Shown in pieces: positions 19,370 through 28,532 of a stretch of DNA of 64,000 nt (positions within the stretch are counted from its first letter, which is position 1; each line of letters begins with the position of its first letter). Position numbers and translations under genes: made by a program. The DNA is from a virus, in the UHGV virus genome UHGV-1558314; one strand, given 5' to 3'. Below the pieces are notes generated by a model. The model was not told where the DNA came from. It did no database searches and was given only the letters and a program-made list of their open reading frames with translations.

Positions 19370-20662
19370 CTACAACAATGACGGCACTCGTTGAGTTTCA
19401 AGTGGGTCGCTGACATTGATGCCTGTGTATGCAACAAGTCGTTGTATTGGGCCAAGTACGAGTTTTTCGAACATGAGTCGTTTGTTCATTGGCGGCACAT
19501 CTGGCATATACTTCGGTGTCGGCATTTCGCCTGGTGCAAAGCCAAATGCATCGCAATATTGACGAGAGCCAATTGGGATATTTGACAAATCTGACTTTGC
19601 TCTGTCAACAAAGTAGTAGAACACTCGACCGCCTTCAATCAATGGGTATCGTGTTTCCAATCCATGAGCTTTTACAAGACGATTATGCCAACAACATGCC
19701 CTGTACTGAGGCAGTACACCTTTTGCTAACTGCCATTCGCCATCATAGCTTAACACATAGTCATGATACTTGTTTGCATTGACATATGCACAAAGTTTTT
19801 CCAAGTCTTGCTCAGCTTCAAAGCGTTTCCATAATTTCTGTATGAGCTTTGGATATGTCGCAGAAGTCAATTCACCTCTGAACATTTTTTTGAATGCATA
19901 ATCAAGCATTTGCCTAACAAGCATTGATGAGCCTGTTTGAATAAGTTCGATGCCCTTACCTTGAATATGCTCAGTAGGGTCTTCAAATACTCGACCATCT
20001 ACATATATTTGAGACTTCAAATACTTTTTCTTTTGGGCAAATAATGCAGTATCAGAAATCGTCTCAAGGTCGAACATTAGCACAGAATCTCCATGACGCT
20101 TTGCAAGGTCATTTGCATATGACCTATTGAACAGTTCTTCCATACGATATTTGAATATCGCAAGAATCAAGTCATACCAATTTTTGCCTGTGTAACCAAT
20201 TGACTTAACTGTCGGCTCAAAGTGAATGTACAAAGAGTCTGTGTCAATATACAGCACTTTGTCTTCATAGGGTTCTTGCTTTGGCGACACAGACAAATCA
20301 AAATTGCCTTTCAATTTGGGGTCATTGCGCAGCTTTTCATGCAATTCATAATCACACCACCATTTATTGTTGAGATAGTCATTTGCTACTCGTTCGCCAA
20401 AGTGAATGAAGTTACGCCCTTCTGCAGTAATTGATTCTGCAACTGCCATATTGAAGAAGTGATAGAATCGATTACTTGTCGCACCATAAATACTGTTCCT
20501 TAGTGTTTTGAACGTCACCTGCAATGACGCATGTTTAAGCGACTCTTGTATTGCAAAGCCACGTAATTCAAATAGACGCTCAGTAGACAACTGACTCAAA
20601 TCGCCAGTTAAATCTACTCCATCTATTTCAATTTTTGACATGTCTATCTGAGCTTCTGCCAT
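19370..20662 (-). CDS. Family-B DNA polymerase, C-terminal fragment (motifs B and C)
   Basis: KTLRNSIYG (motif B, Kx3NSxYG) and YIDTDSLY (motif C, YxDTDS). ATG start, TAG stop. Confidence 0.8.
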   Translation of the reverse strand: MAEAQIDMSKIEIDGVDLTGDLSQLSTERLFELRGFAIQESLKHASLQVTFKTLRNSIYGATSNRFYHFFNMAVAESITAEGRNFIHFGERVANDYLNNKWWCDYELHEKLRNDPKLKGNFDLSVSPKQEPYEDKVLYIDTDSLYIHFEPTVKSIGYTGKNWYDLILAIFKYRMEELFNRSYANDLAKRHGDSVLMFDLETISDTALFAQKKKYLKSQIYVDGRVFEDPTEHIQGKGIELIQTGSSMLVRQMLDYAFKKMFRGELTSATYPKLIQKLWKRFEAEQDLEKLCAYVNANKYHDYVLSYDGEWQLAKGVLPQYRACCWHNRLVKAHGLETRYPLIEGGRVFYYFVDRAKSDLSNIPIGSRQYCDAFGFAPGEMPTPKYMPDVPPMNKRLMFEKLVLGPIQRLVAYTGINVSDPLETQRVPSLL

Positions 20663-20684
20663 AAGGTATCTTATTTAATTATTA

Positions 20685-20724
20685 TTGTACAACACACATT
20701 GCAATTTTGCAATATGTGTGTTAA
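20685..20724 (-). promoter_or_regulatory. Promoter box plus adjacent palindrome upstream of polymerase C-terminal gene
   Basis: ttgtacaaca at 20685-20694 followed by near-palindrome acacacattgcaa..ttgcaatatgtgtgtt. Confidence 0.35.
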
Positions 20725-20758
20725 ACAAAAATGCAGCAGCAGAACATCTGCTGCTGCA
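20724..20758 (-). terminator. Putative intrinsic terminator after 20802..21629
   Basis: Stem gcagcagcag/ctgctgctgc (20733-20757), loop aacat; A-run on plus strand upstream gives T-run on minus. Confidence 0.5.
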
Positions 20759-20801
20759 TCGGCAGGTATCTTCACATGTATTTGAGTTGATTACGATGTG
20801 A

Positions 20802-21629
20802 TTAGAATGGCAGGTCACCATCGTCACCTGCAGCGCCAAATTCAGCTGCAATGTCATATACCAACGTCATTGCGATTCGCAAATCGCGCTTCTTAGACTT
20901 CAGGCGCATGATATCATGACCAGAATTGTTTGTGATGACTGAACATTCAAACTCTTCATTGCCATCAATAAATGACAACATTGATTTGTGAATTGTGATT
21001 GGCGATAAATCAGATGGGTAATTTGCATCAATCACATATTCAAAGTTGTTGTTCTTGGCAATTAGTCCTCGTTCAGTCGTACGAATCTCAATGCCGGGCA
21101 ATTCCTTATCACCAGTATTCAATGAGCCATACGATGACATGATGCCAAAGTGATTTGACGTCAAATCGAGTTTTCTTAGATTTGTTGTGCTGTCAAACAA
21201 CATTGACATATCATTGTCAGACAGCTCAAAGTAGCCAAGTGATGGCATTGAACAAACCTGATTGATTTTGAGCTGATTGTTTGAGATTACAATGAGCTCT
21301 GCAATTGTATCTGTGCCAATTTGTTTGACATAGATTTCAATCATTGCAGATGAGCCAAATGCAGCAAGTACTCGATTGTTAAACTGTGTGCCGTTGTAAA
21401 TGAGCGCCTTGACTGTGACATCTTTGAGCGTCGACTCATAATGCTCACAAATATCAAGAACATTGAGCGTCTGTGATTTTACAAAGCTGCTGTTGCCAGC
21501 ATCAGTTCTGATTCGCTGGTCATTAAGTGAAAAGCTAAGCTTGCCATCGCACTTTAATGATGATGCAAACAATGCTCGCAGCATATCAATGTTTGCATTG
21601 CGTAACGTAATTTTGTTCAAAGTTTCCAT
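20802..21629 (-). CDS. Hypothetical protein (275 aa); weak resemblance to a sliding-clamp-like processivity factor
   Basis: Sits between polymerase fragments; acidic C-terminus ending DDGDLPF. Function not supported by motifs. Confidence 0.25.
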   Translation of the reverse strand: METLNKITLRNANIDMLRALFASSLKCDGKLSFSLNDQRIRTDAGNSSFVKSQTLNVLDICEHYESTLKDVTVKALIYNGTQFNNRVLAAFGSSAMIEIYVKQIGTDTIAELIVISNNQLKINQVCSMPSLGYFELSDNDMSMLFDSTTNLRKLDLTSNHFGIMSSYGSLNTGDKELPGIEIRTTERGLIAKNNNFEYVIDANYPSDLSPITIHKSMLSFIDGNEEFECSVITNNSGHDIMRLKSKKRDLRIAMTLVYDIAAEFGAAGDDGDLPF

Positions 21630-21697
21630 CTTGTATCTATGTTGTTGATTTTCAATTTAATATATTGAACAACATTTGTTGACATTTTGCAACATTG

Positions 21698-22072
21698 TCA
21701 TCGATTGTCGCCTGACCCATGCAGTACGCCTCGTAATTTTCGAGACTGTAGTTTCTGAATGTTAAGCTGACAAATGTCAGTTAAGCTGTAGCCCAAATCA
21801 TGTGCAAGAGTTGCAGCATACCACATGACATCGCTAAGCTCTTTTGCGATTTCCTTGCGAATGTCTTCATTGTCAAAATCACCATTCTTGTCTCGAATGA
21901 CTTTTTTGACTTTGTCTGCAACTTCGCCTGCTTCACCCGTCAAGCCAAGCGTTGGATAGACAATTGCAGCTGATTTAGGATACACTGCGCTATCAAGTGC
22001 AGCAGTCTGATATTCATCAATGGTTGAAATACAAGTGTGGTCAATTACACCATGTTCATCTCGTTTAAGCAT
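21698..22072 (-). CDS. MazG-like nucleoside triphosphate pyrophosphohydrolase
   Basis: All-alpha NTP-PPase signature (LTGEAGEVADKVKK ... ELSDVMWYAATLAHDLG). Confidence 0.55.
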   Translation of the reverse strand: MLKRDEHGVIDHTCISTIDEYQTAALDSAVYPKSAAIVYPTLGLTGEAGEVADKVKKVIRDKNGDFDNEDIRKEIAKELSDVMWYAATLAHDLGYSLTDICQLNIQKLQSRKLRGVLHGSGDNR

Positions 22073-22073
22073 A

Positions 22074-22565
22074 TCATTTACGTTTTTGTTTGACTCTTAA
22101 TCGTTTTTGCATAAATGCTCTTGTAGCTTCACCAAAAGCCATCTCGTCTCGTTCGCCACCACAAAGCTTTGCAAGCTTATTGAATGTGTCTTGGTCAATC
22201 ATTGTGTACGTTGAGTTGTTGACCACATGCAATGCAAACTGAATCAGCGGTGCGCCTGGCTGCAAGCAGAACGGCTCTTTGCCCGCATTGTACACTGCAA
22301 GATGAATCTCGCCATGATAGTCTGAATCTACAAACTCACTTGTTTTGATGATAAGATGATTTCGTGAAATGCCCGACTTATTGTAGGCAATCAATGCATG
22401 ACAGGCAGGCACAAGTGCTTTGATGCCAGATGGAATTGCAATGCCCTCACCAGGTTGCAGCATTGTTTGCACAAAATCATTGGGTATGCAAAAGTCCCAT
22501 GCGCCAGATTCTGCTGTTGACTTAAAAGGACTTTCTACATTTCTGCATTTTGCAAAGAATAACAT
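22074..22565 (-). CDS. dUTPase / dCTP deaminase family protein
   Basis: VDSDYHGEIHLAVYNAG resembles trimeric dUTPase motif GxIDxDYRGE. Confidence 0.5.
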   Translation of the reverse strand: MLFFAKCRNVESPFKSTAESGAWDFCIPNDFVQTMLQPGEGIAIPSGIKALVPACHALIAYNKSGISRNHLIIKTSEFVDSDYHGEIHLAVYNAGKEPFCLQPGAPLIQFALHVVNNSTYTMIDQDTFNKLAKLCGGERDEMAFGEATRAFMQKRLRVKQKRK

Positions 22566-22588
22566 ATTAAGTATGTGTTTGTATGTTG

Positions 22589-22933
22589 TTAGTACATTTC
22601 TCGTTTAACAAGAGCTTTGCGTTTTGAGCGTAACCCTGCCCTATTACGTAATTCTACTGACCAATCACGAATCATTTGCCATGCAATCCCACCACGTTGA
22701 ATACCACCGTGCTTGAACATTTCATTGCAAATACCTTGAATAAACACCGCATCAGACTTTGTCAATGCGTCAACAATTTGACCATGGTTGTCTTCTGTCT
22801 TGACATCATTACAGAGCTTAAGTTCATCTACTGAAAGTTCGCCAAGCAGCTCATAGTAGTATATGAGAGCTTTGCGTGCGGCAATTGCTTTTCTTGAATT
22901 GCCAGAATAAGACAAAGTTACATGTTTGCTCAT
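22589..22933 (-). CDS. Hypothetical protein (114 aa)
   Basis: Track start at 22939 is TTG; ATG at 22931-22933 used. Confidence 0.35.
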   Translation of the reverse strand: MSKHVTLSYSGNSRKAIAARKALIYYYELLGELSVDELKLCNDVKTEDNHGQIVDALTKSDAVFIQGICNEMFKHGGIQRGGIAWQMIRDWSVELRNRAGLRSKRKALVKREMY

Positions 22934-22949
22934 ATTCAATTATTGTTAT

Positions 22950-22972
22950 TATATGTTGATATTGTACAACAT
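22950..22972 (-). promoter_or_regulatory. Recurrent promoter box (coding-strand ATGTTGTACAATATCAACATATAAT)
   Basis: Plus-strand tatatgttgatattgtacaacat; TATAAT-like element ~10 nt downstream of the box on the minus strand. Confidence 0.45.
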
Positions 22973-22975
22973 GTG

Positions 22976-24175
22976 TTAACTTTTTGCATGACCACAATCA
23001 TACACCGCAACATAGCCAGCATCAATCATCTCTTGCTCATCTTGTCCGCAATCTTCAATATGTTCTTTTGTCTTCAAATGACACCAGTGTTTGCGAATTG
23101 TTGACTTGTCATCTGACAATTGCGGATTGAGTGCGAAGTCAGTTGAGTCTACTGGTTCACCTGCAAGATGCTTTCTAATGACATCAATGACAACATCAAA
23201 TGGCATCCAGTCAAACACTGTAATGCAAGTGTAGCTGTGTTTGATAGCAAGTTGTGTTTTGTTAAAATGGTTGTCATATGGTCGTTGCCAATTATGATTT
23301 GCATTGAACACAATATTTGCAAAACTACGCGTGCTATTATGAGAAATAGTTGGGTTAAGTTCAATTAGCAACTTATGCGATTTGCAAACAATGTCATATG
23401 ACAATGACGTGTTCTCAAATGTAAATTCTTGCTCAAAATGCACATCAAGGTTATCAAATAGCATGTTAAGCCTTGTGCATATTTTTGTATTGTGTGCAGA
23501 CTTTGCTTTAGATTTTGCTCTGCATTGAGGCAATTGGCATGGCCACACTACACCATGACGTGACAATGTTGTTGCACGAATTGCGTCAAGATTCGTTGAT
23601 GGATTGCCATATCGAGCTATTCGAGTTTGCCTTGCTTTGTCTATATTGCCTGGGCCTGCATTGCCCCATCGCTGCAACTTTGTTTGTCGAGCTTGTTCAT
23701 GATTGCTGTAATATGGGTCTCCATATCGTTCAAGCTTTGTTTGCTTTAACTTACTCATGTCGCCAAGCCCATTGCCATACTTAGCACGCTTTGTTTCTAT
23801 GCCTTTCTTTAGATTGCCTCGTTTGTTGCCATATTTTGCAATGTTGTGTGCATTACGTTTTTCAATGTCACCAAACCCATTGCCATATCGTGCAAATTTT
23901 GTTGCTTGCGCTTTTTCAAAATTGACTGCTAATGTGCCATAACGAGCATACTTAGTTGCTTTGCCCTTATCAACGACTTCTTTACGATGCAATGCAGCTT
24001 CAACACCATATTTTCGCAAATTTGTAATTTTTGCATTGTATCGTCGTCTAATTGTTGCATGAGTGTTGTTACGAGACCCTGTTCTGACATATTCAGTTGC
24101 AGCAAGTTCAGCATCACGTAACTGCTCAAGTTCTGCAATTCGTTGTTCAAGTTCAGCGCCTACAAGTGGTTTCAT
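22976..24175 (-). CDS. Homing-endonuclease-like protein with ~18-aa basic tandem repeats (intact paralog)
   Basis: About eight repeats of K-x-x-A-T-K-x-A-R-Y-G-N type; N-terminal coiled coil; C-terminal YDIVCKSHKLLIELNP resembles a PD-(D/E)XK-like core with N in place of K. Located between the two DNA polymerase fragments. Confidence 0.45.
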   Translation of the reverse strand: MKPLVGAELEQRIAELEQLRDAELAATEYVRTGSRNNTHATIRRRYNAKITNLRKYGVEAALHRKEVVDKGKATKYARYGTLAVNFEKAQATKFARYGNGFGDIEKRNAHNIAKYGNKRGNLKKGIETKRAKYGNGLGDMSKLKQTKLERYGDPYYSNHEQARQTKLQRWGNAGPGNIDKARQTRIARYGNPSTNLDAIRATTLSRHGVVWPCQLPQCRAKSKAKSAHNTKICTRLNMLFDNLDVHFEQEFTFENTSLSYDIVCKSHKLLIELNPTISHNSTRSFANIVFNANHNWQRPYDNHFNKTQLAIKHSYTCITVFDWMPFDVVIDVIRKHLAGEPVDSTDFALNPQLSDDKSTIRKHWCHLKTKEHIEDCGQDEQEMIDAGYVAVYDCGHAKS

Positions 24176-24183
24176 GTGTTGTT

Positions 24184-25689
24184 TTACAATTTGATTGCGC
24201 CTCTACGAGCAAGCTCTTCTTCAATCAATCGAACATGATTGTTAGAATACCAGAACTGAATTTTTTTGTGATAATTACGCTTGTCTCCAAGTTCTTCCTG
24301 TACTGCTTTGTACATGCTTTTTTCATGATTGTCATACAAGCAGTCATTAACGGACACAAAGTACTCTGGCAATGACTTGTAATGCGCAATTTCATCAGGA
24401 TTTGTCAGACGTCTGATAAAGTTATCCGGTGATACATTGCATGATTTCATTGAACTTGGATAGAGTGAATTTGCATCAACACAAACAACTTTATGAGCCC
24501 AATGGTTAAATGGTTGCTTCACAAAGCCACCTTCAAATGCATGCACAACATTTTCTGGACCGCCTTGAGCACATACGACTTTGCCACCATATTTGTTGTA
24601 CAAATATGTCATCATGACGCCCTCAGATTGCTTAACTGGGCCTTGACAGTGGTTCATATCAATGTTTGACACATTTGACAAGCCCATCACATTTGATATC
24701 AAGTCAGTTTTTGCAGCAATCATCGCATTGACCATCGTATCGACAGCATTATATGCAATGAACGTGCATGGATGATACAAATACAGCTCTTTAAGTGTAC
24801 AATCATAGGGCAGCTTACCTACACCGAACATACGATGTGCAATATAGTCAAGTCGCAATGACTCTTTTTGCCACACTGAATAGTCGTATGTGTCCATGAG
24901 CTGCATGTAGTCATCAATGTACTTGTGATATGGCATACCATTGCCCCAGACAGTTCTGCCAACTGGAGATGCCAATGCTAAATCAATATTGTGCATTGCG
25001 CATCGATTTTTGACATAGATGTTGTCGAAGCCATTGATGTTCCAGCCTGTCAATGCAGGAATGTTTTTGAAGAGCTTAGTCACCCAAAAATGCAACAATT
25101 CATGCTCATTTGCATGTTGAAAGATTTTGACAGTTGGATGTTCTTTCAAATACGCAGCAAAGCAATGTTGACCCATGTACTCTTGAATGATGCCATTGAC
25201 AAACTCAAATGCATCATCCAGTGTTGGGTTTTGTTTGCCACAGCTTTTGCGCAAATCATCATCATTCAACAAGTCAACAGTAGTCTGAATGACACAATTG
25301 CATTGTTCATCGCATGTACTTATTGCATTAATGGGCATTTCAGCTTTGTCAGGCTTTGGAAAGCCATTGCCAATTTCAGTCTCAATATCGTAAAAGTATA
25401 ACTTTGGTCTACGATAAGCAAACAATTCAACTTTGTCAGCTTCAGGCAATTCAAATAAGAATTGCAGCAAGTCAAATTGATTGAATCGTTTTGCTGTGAC
25501 TCGAGTCACAGGCAATTTGCGCCAATCTTGAATATCTGCATATTGCGGCTCTACATGGTCTGATATTTGCCATACTGGAAATTGATATGGCTGTTCACAG
25601 ACTGGGTATGTTTTGATGTCAATGCCACCTTGCTCATTAACGTATGAAACTTCAATGCCATGTGACAAATATGCTACGTCGACAATCAT
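24184..25689 (-). CDS. Family-B DNA polymerase, N-terminal fragment (3'-5' exonuclease motifs and motif A)
   Basis: Exo I FYDIETE, Exo II NINGFDNIY, Exo III YNAVD, motif A VDANSLYPS. Track start 25725 is TTG; first ATG 25687-25689 used. Confidence 0.8.
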   Translation of the reverse strand: MIVDVAYLSHGIEVSYVNEQGGIDIKTYPVCEQPYQFPVWQISDHVEPQYADIQDWRKLPVTRVTAKRFNQFDLLQFLFELPEADKVELFAYRRPKLYFYDIETEIGNGFPKPDKAEMPINAISTCDEQCNCVIQTTVDLLNDDDLRKSCGKQNPTLDDAFEFVNGIIQEYMGQHCFAAYLKEHPTVKIFQHANEHELLHFWVTKLFKNIPALTGWNINGFDNIYVKNRCAMHNIDLALASPVGRTVWGNGMPYHKYIDDYMQLMDTYDYSVWQKESLRLDYIAHRMFGVGKLPYDCTLKELYLYHPCTFIAYNAVDTMVNAMIAAKTDLISNVMGLSNVSNIDMNHCQGPVKQSEGVMMTYLYNKYGGKVVCAQGGPENVVHAFEGGFVKQPFNHWAHKVVCVDANSLYPSSMKSCNVSPDNFIRRLTNPDEIAHYKSLPEYFVSVNDCLYDNHEKSMYKAVQEELGDKRNYHKKIQFWYSNNHVRLIEEELARRGAIKL

Positions 25690-25700
25690 ATTATTATCTT

Positions 25701-26111
25701 TTAGAATAGAGATATTGTACAACAATTTGATTCAGGTTGCCATTCTACAATATGCGCATCAAAGTGTTTGTTAAGCCAATGTGCAAGTATGTGTCTATGA
25801 CAAAATGCAGATGGTCTGCACCAACATAACAATACAATGTCTCGTTCGCCTGCAAAAATCTTTATGCGATGCAGCATCAAACTTATCTGTGACAATGCAG
25901 CGTCAAGTTTTGCTGCATATTGCTCTGCATATTGTGCATTGTCAAGCAAGCCTGCTTTATGCAAACGAACAAGTGACATGTAATCAGGCATGACGTCAGT
26001 CCATGTAAAATCTGCTATGAAGCCCTTAGGCTTTGTTGCAGACACTTGAACAAGAAATGCGTTATCAGGCAGATGCCTGCATGCATAATATGAAGTCAAG
26101 ATTCTTGTCAT
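25701..26111 (-). CDS. Small protein with C-x-x-x-x-C-H-R motif (DUF488-like?)
   Basis: LLCWCRPSAFCHRHILAHWL; family assignment from memory only. Confidence 0.3.
   Translation of the reverse strand: MTRILTSYYACRHLPDNAFLVQVSATKPKGFIADFTWTDVMPDYMSLVRLHKAGLLDNAQYAEQYAAKLDAALSQISLMLHRIKIFAGERDIVLLCWCRPSAFCHRHILAHWLNKHFDAHIVEWQPESNCCTISLF
25711..25726 (-). promoter_or_regulatory. Promoter box upstream of polymerase N-terminal gene
   Basis: attgtacaaca at 25714-25724, embedded in the 3' end of the upstream gene. Confidence 0.4.
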
Positions 26112-27031
26112 TCTACAGTAATTGTTGCAAGTTTGTTAATTGGCTGTATGAACACATCAAAGCTTTTAACAGTGCCAAACGCATTTCGTTTAACTGCATA
26201 TAACATTGTAGTGTTCACATCATGCTTTGCATAGCGAGTTTCAATGACTTGACTGATGTAGCCTTTTGAATCTCGAATGTATTCTATGCTTGTAGCAATT
26301 TTGTTTGCTTTGATAGAGTTTACTGTAATCAATGCGCCATTCTGACCATATGCATATTGCATTGTTGCTGTAGATGGCTTTGCAGCATTCACACTTAACT
26401 GCTGAATGACTTGCATTTTGCGACCATGCGAATCATAGTAATATGTGAATGTGCATGGAAACTTGCCAACCAAACTGTTCAAATGACGCAACTGCTCATA
26501 ATGATAGCTGAACTGCACTACACTACTATTAGATTCACAAATGCTGCTTGGTCTGTAGTAGCCATTGAAGCACCCATACTGAATTGTGTATGTTTCAAAA
26601 TGACCTCTACGATACAAACTAAGCAAACTAAGCATAGTCGTAGCCTCATCAACATGCAAGAACTTAATGTCTGCGCATGCATTGCTCTTGGCATAATCAG
26701 CTGCATTCCACTTATCAACGACTTTCCAAGAGTAGCATTTGATGCTTTGATTGCGCTCATTGACAAAGTGTATGCCATTTGACTGCACCTTTACAATGTC
26801 ATAGCAATTCAAATGACCATTACTGTCAATGAATTTTTGCAGCCAGTTTAAGGCCATAATATTTGTTGCAAATGTCTGTGCAAATGCAATTTGACCATCT
26901 GCAAATGCTGCTGTGTATGTCTTGTTCTTATCGTAGATTGGCAATGTTGCATCTGCATATGATGCTGCTACAAACGCATAGCCAATCACATTATTCTCAG
27001 AACTTAAATTAGAATGTCTCAACTGTTCCAT
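26108..27031 (-). CDS. Hypothetical protein (307 aa)
   Basis: Intact ORF; no recognisable motifs. Confidence 0.4.
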   Translation of the reverse strand: MEQLRHSNLSSENNVIGYAFVAASYADATLPIYDKNKTYTAAFADGQIAFAQTFATNIMALNWLQKFIDSNGHLNCYDIVKVQSNGIHFVNERNQSIKCYSWKVVDKWNAADYAKSNACADIKFLHVDEATTMLSLLSLYRRGHFETYTIQYGCFNGYYRPSSICESNSSVVQFSYHYEQLRHLNSLVGKFPCTFTYYYDSHGRKMQVIQQLSVNAAKPSTATMQYAYGQNGALITVNSIKANKIATSIEYIRDSKGYISQVIETRYAKHDVNTTMLYAVKRNAFGTVKSFDVFIQPINKLATITVE

Positions 27032-27240
27032 GTGCCATTACGCTTACGACGTTCAATTTCTGCCTCAACGTCATCAATGTCATGATTTATTTGAGCAAGA
27101 CGAATGTCATTGTCATACTCTTTAAGTAGCTGTTCAAACAAATCTTCTTTGAACTGCTTCAAACGTTCATTTGAAAATGCTCTTACGTTCATATCAAAGT
27201 CTACATTCTTTTTCAAGTTTCTTGTCATTGATGACAACAT
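27019..27240 (-). CDS. Hypothetical small protein (73 aa)
   Basis: ATG start verified; charged, likely coiled coil. Confidence 0.3.
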   Translation of the reverse strand: MLSSMTRNLKKNVDFDMNVRAFSNERLKQFKEDLFEQLLKEYDNDIRLAQINHDIDDVEAEIERRKRNGTWNS

Positions 27241-27763
27241 TCAACAAATAGTTGACATGTTTGCATGAATGACGATACATAAAGCCTGGGCAATCACAAT
27301 ACGCTTGCATTGATTCAGGATATAACACAAGTACATGTGAATTGCCTCGTGAGCCAAAGACTTTGTACTTGACCGGTACTGTCGGCAAGCCAATCAAATT
27401 ATTGACGTCTTGTGAATGTCTGATGTTATGCAGCTGTTTAAGTGAAACCCAGTGTTCTGCGGCTTCAGTAGCAGACATCAAATTAATGCCAAATGCTTGT
27501 TTATATTGCTGTTTGCAAAACAACTGCCATTTGTGTGCATATACAGAGTTCTTTTGCAGTATCTCTTTATGCAACAAATACTCTTCAATATATCTTGGTT
27601 GCCAACGAGTCGACCATGACGCAAATTCAGGCACAAACTGAATGTCTTCAAGAGTTGTGCCTGCTGGTACAGAATGCCAAGCATCACCTGTACATGCATA
27701 AGTGCCTGTTGTTGTTACAATTATTGCCGGATTACATTTGCCAATGATTTGAATCTTGTCCAT
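27194..27763 (-). CDS. SWIM zinc-finger protein
   Basis: C-terminal CDCPGFMYRHSCKH matches CxCxnCxH. Confidence 0.45.
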   Translation of the reverse strand: MDKIQIIGKCNPAIIVTTTGTYACTGDAWHSVPAGTTLEDIQFVPEFASWSTRWQPRYIEEYLLHKEILQKNSVYAHKWQLFCKQQYKQAFGINLMSATEAAEHWVSLKQLHNIRHSQDVNNLIGLPTVPVKYKVFGSRGNSHVLVLYPESMQAYCDCPGFMYRHSCKHVNYLLNVVINDKKLEKECRL

Positions 27764-27795
27764 CTTATTTATGATTTGATGTCTTGTATTTATAT

Positions 27796-27816
27796 TATAT
27801 GTTGATATTGTACAAC
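27796..27816 (-). promoter_or_regulatory. Recurrent promoter box
   Basis: Plus-strand tatatgttgatattgtacaac; minus-strand context TTGTACAATATCAACATATAATATAAATAC. Confidence 0.45.
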
Positions 27817-27975
27817 GCTAAGTGTCATTTTGCACTGTCGTCACCAATTGTTATTGATGGTGTTGCAAACAATGCAAGCAAACACCAACCACTTTTAGTA
27901 ACTGCACAAGCAACTGCTATTGCAGCAAAGAAGCTTGCATAAATGATTGCTGCAGCAAGCCAACTTGTTTTATCG

Positions 27976-28266
27976 CTATATTTGTTGTTCGATGAGTTCT
28001 CCATTGATAATGTCTTTTCTGATGTAAACGCCCTTTAATGTTGGATGCTGCTGTACAAACGTCATGTGACCAATAACATGCACTTTGTGATTTTTAGGCA
28101 GTACAATGCCATGCTCAAATATAGCATGAGTATCTGTAAATTGCAACAGTTTCACCGGTGCTGTAATACAATTGACAAAGTACAACTTGCCAACTTGCGC
28201 ATCTGCTGCTTTGATTTTGTCTTTCATTGTTATGCAATTTGAGTACTGGCGTATTTTACAAGCCAT
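27976..28266 (-). CDS. Hypothetical protein (96 aa)
   Basis: ATG start verified. Confidence 0.3.
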   Translation of the reverse strand: MACKIRQYSNCITMKDKIKAADAQVGKLYFVNCITAPVKLLQFTDTHAIFEHGIVLPKNHKVHVIGHMTFVQQHPTLKGVYIRKDIINGELIEQQI

Positions 28267-28508
28267 GCATACACATCATAGTGAAAAATCTTCACATAAT
28301 GCGGCATGCTAAAGCATTCACCACAACTGCAATGCGCATCAATGTTGCCTGTAATAACGTTGTATGTTAGCCGAACAATTTCATATGACTCAGAGCCCAT
28401 TTGACAATGCTGCTTAATGTCAATTGTTCTGCCAAATCGTTTGCGAAACCATATAACAAGTTGTGCATACAAATCATCAATGTTTGATGTCATTGAGCAG
28501 TCTTTCAT
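28230..28508 (-). CDS. Hypothetical protein (92 aa)
   Basis: ATG start verified; contains HCSCGEC. Confidence 0.3.
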   Translation of the reverse strand: MKDCSMTSNIDDLYAQLVIWFRKRFGRTIDIKQHCQMGSESYEIVRLTYNVITGNIDAHCSCGECFSMPHYVKIFHYDVYAWLVKYASTQIA

Positions 28509-28532
28509 ATGCGTAAGGATAGTCGGGATTTG

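Noticed and set aside
19370-25689. Intein or self-splicing intron as the cause of the split DNA polymerase
   Set aside because: The intervening 3.5 kb holds five independent genes with their own terminator and promoter box; no in-frame intein motifs were seen.
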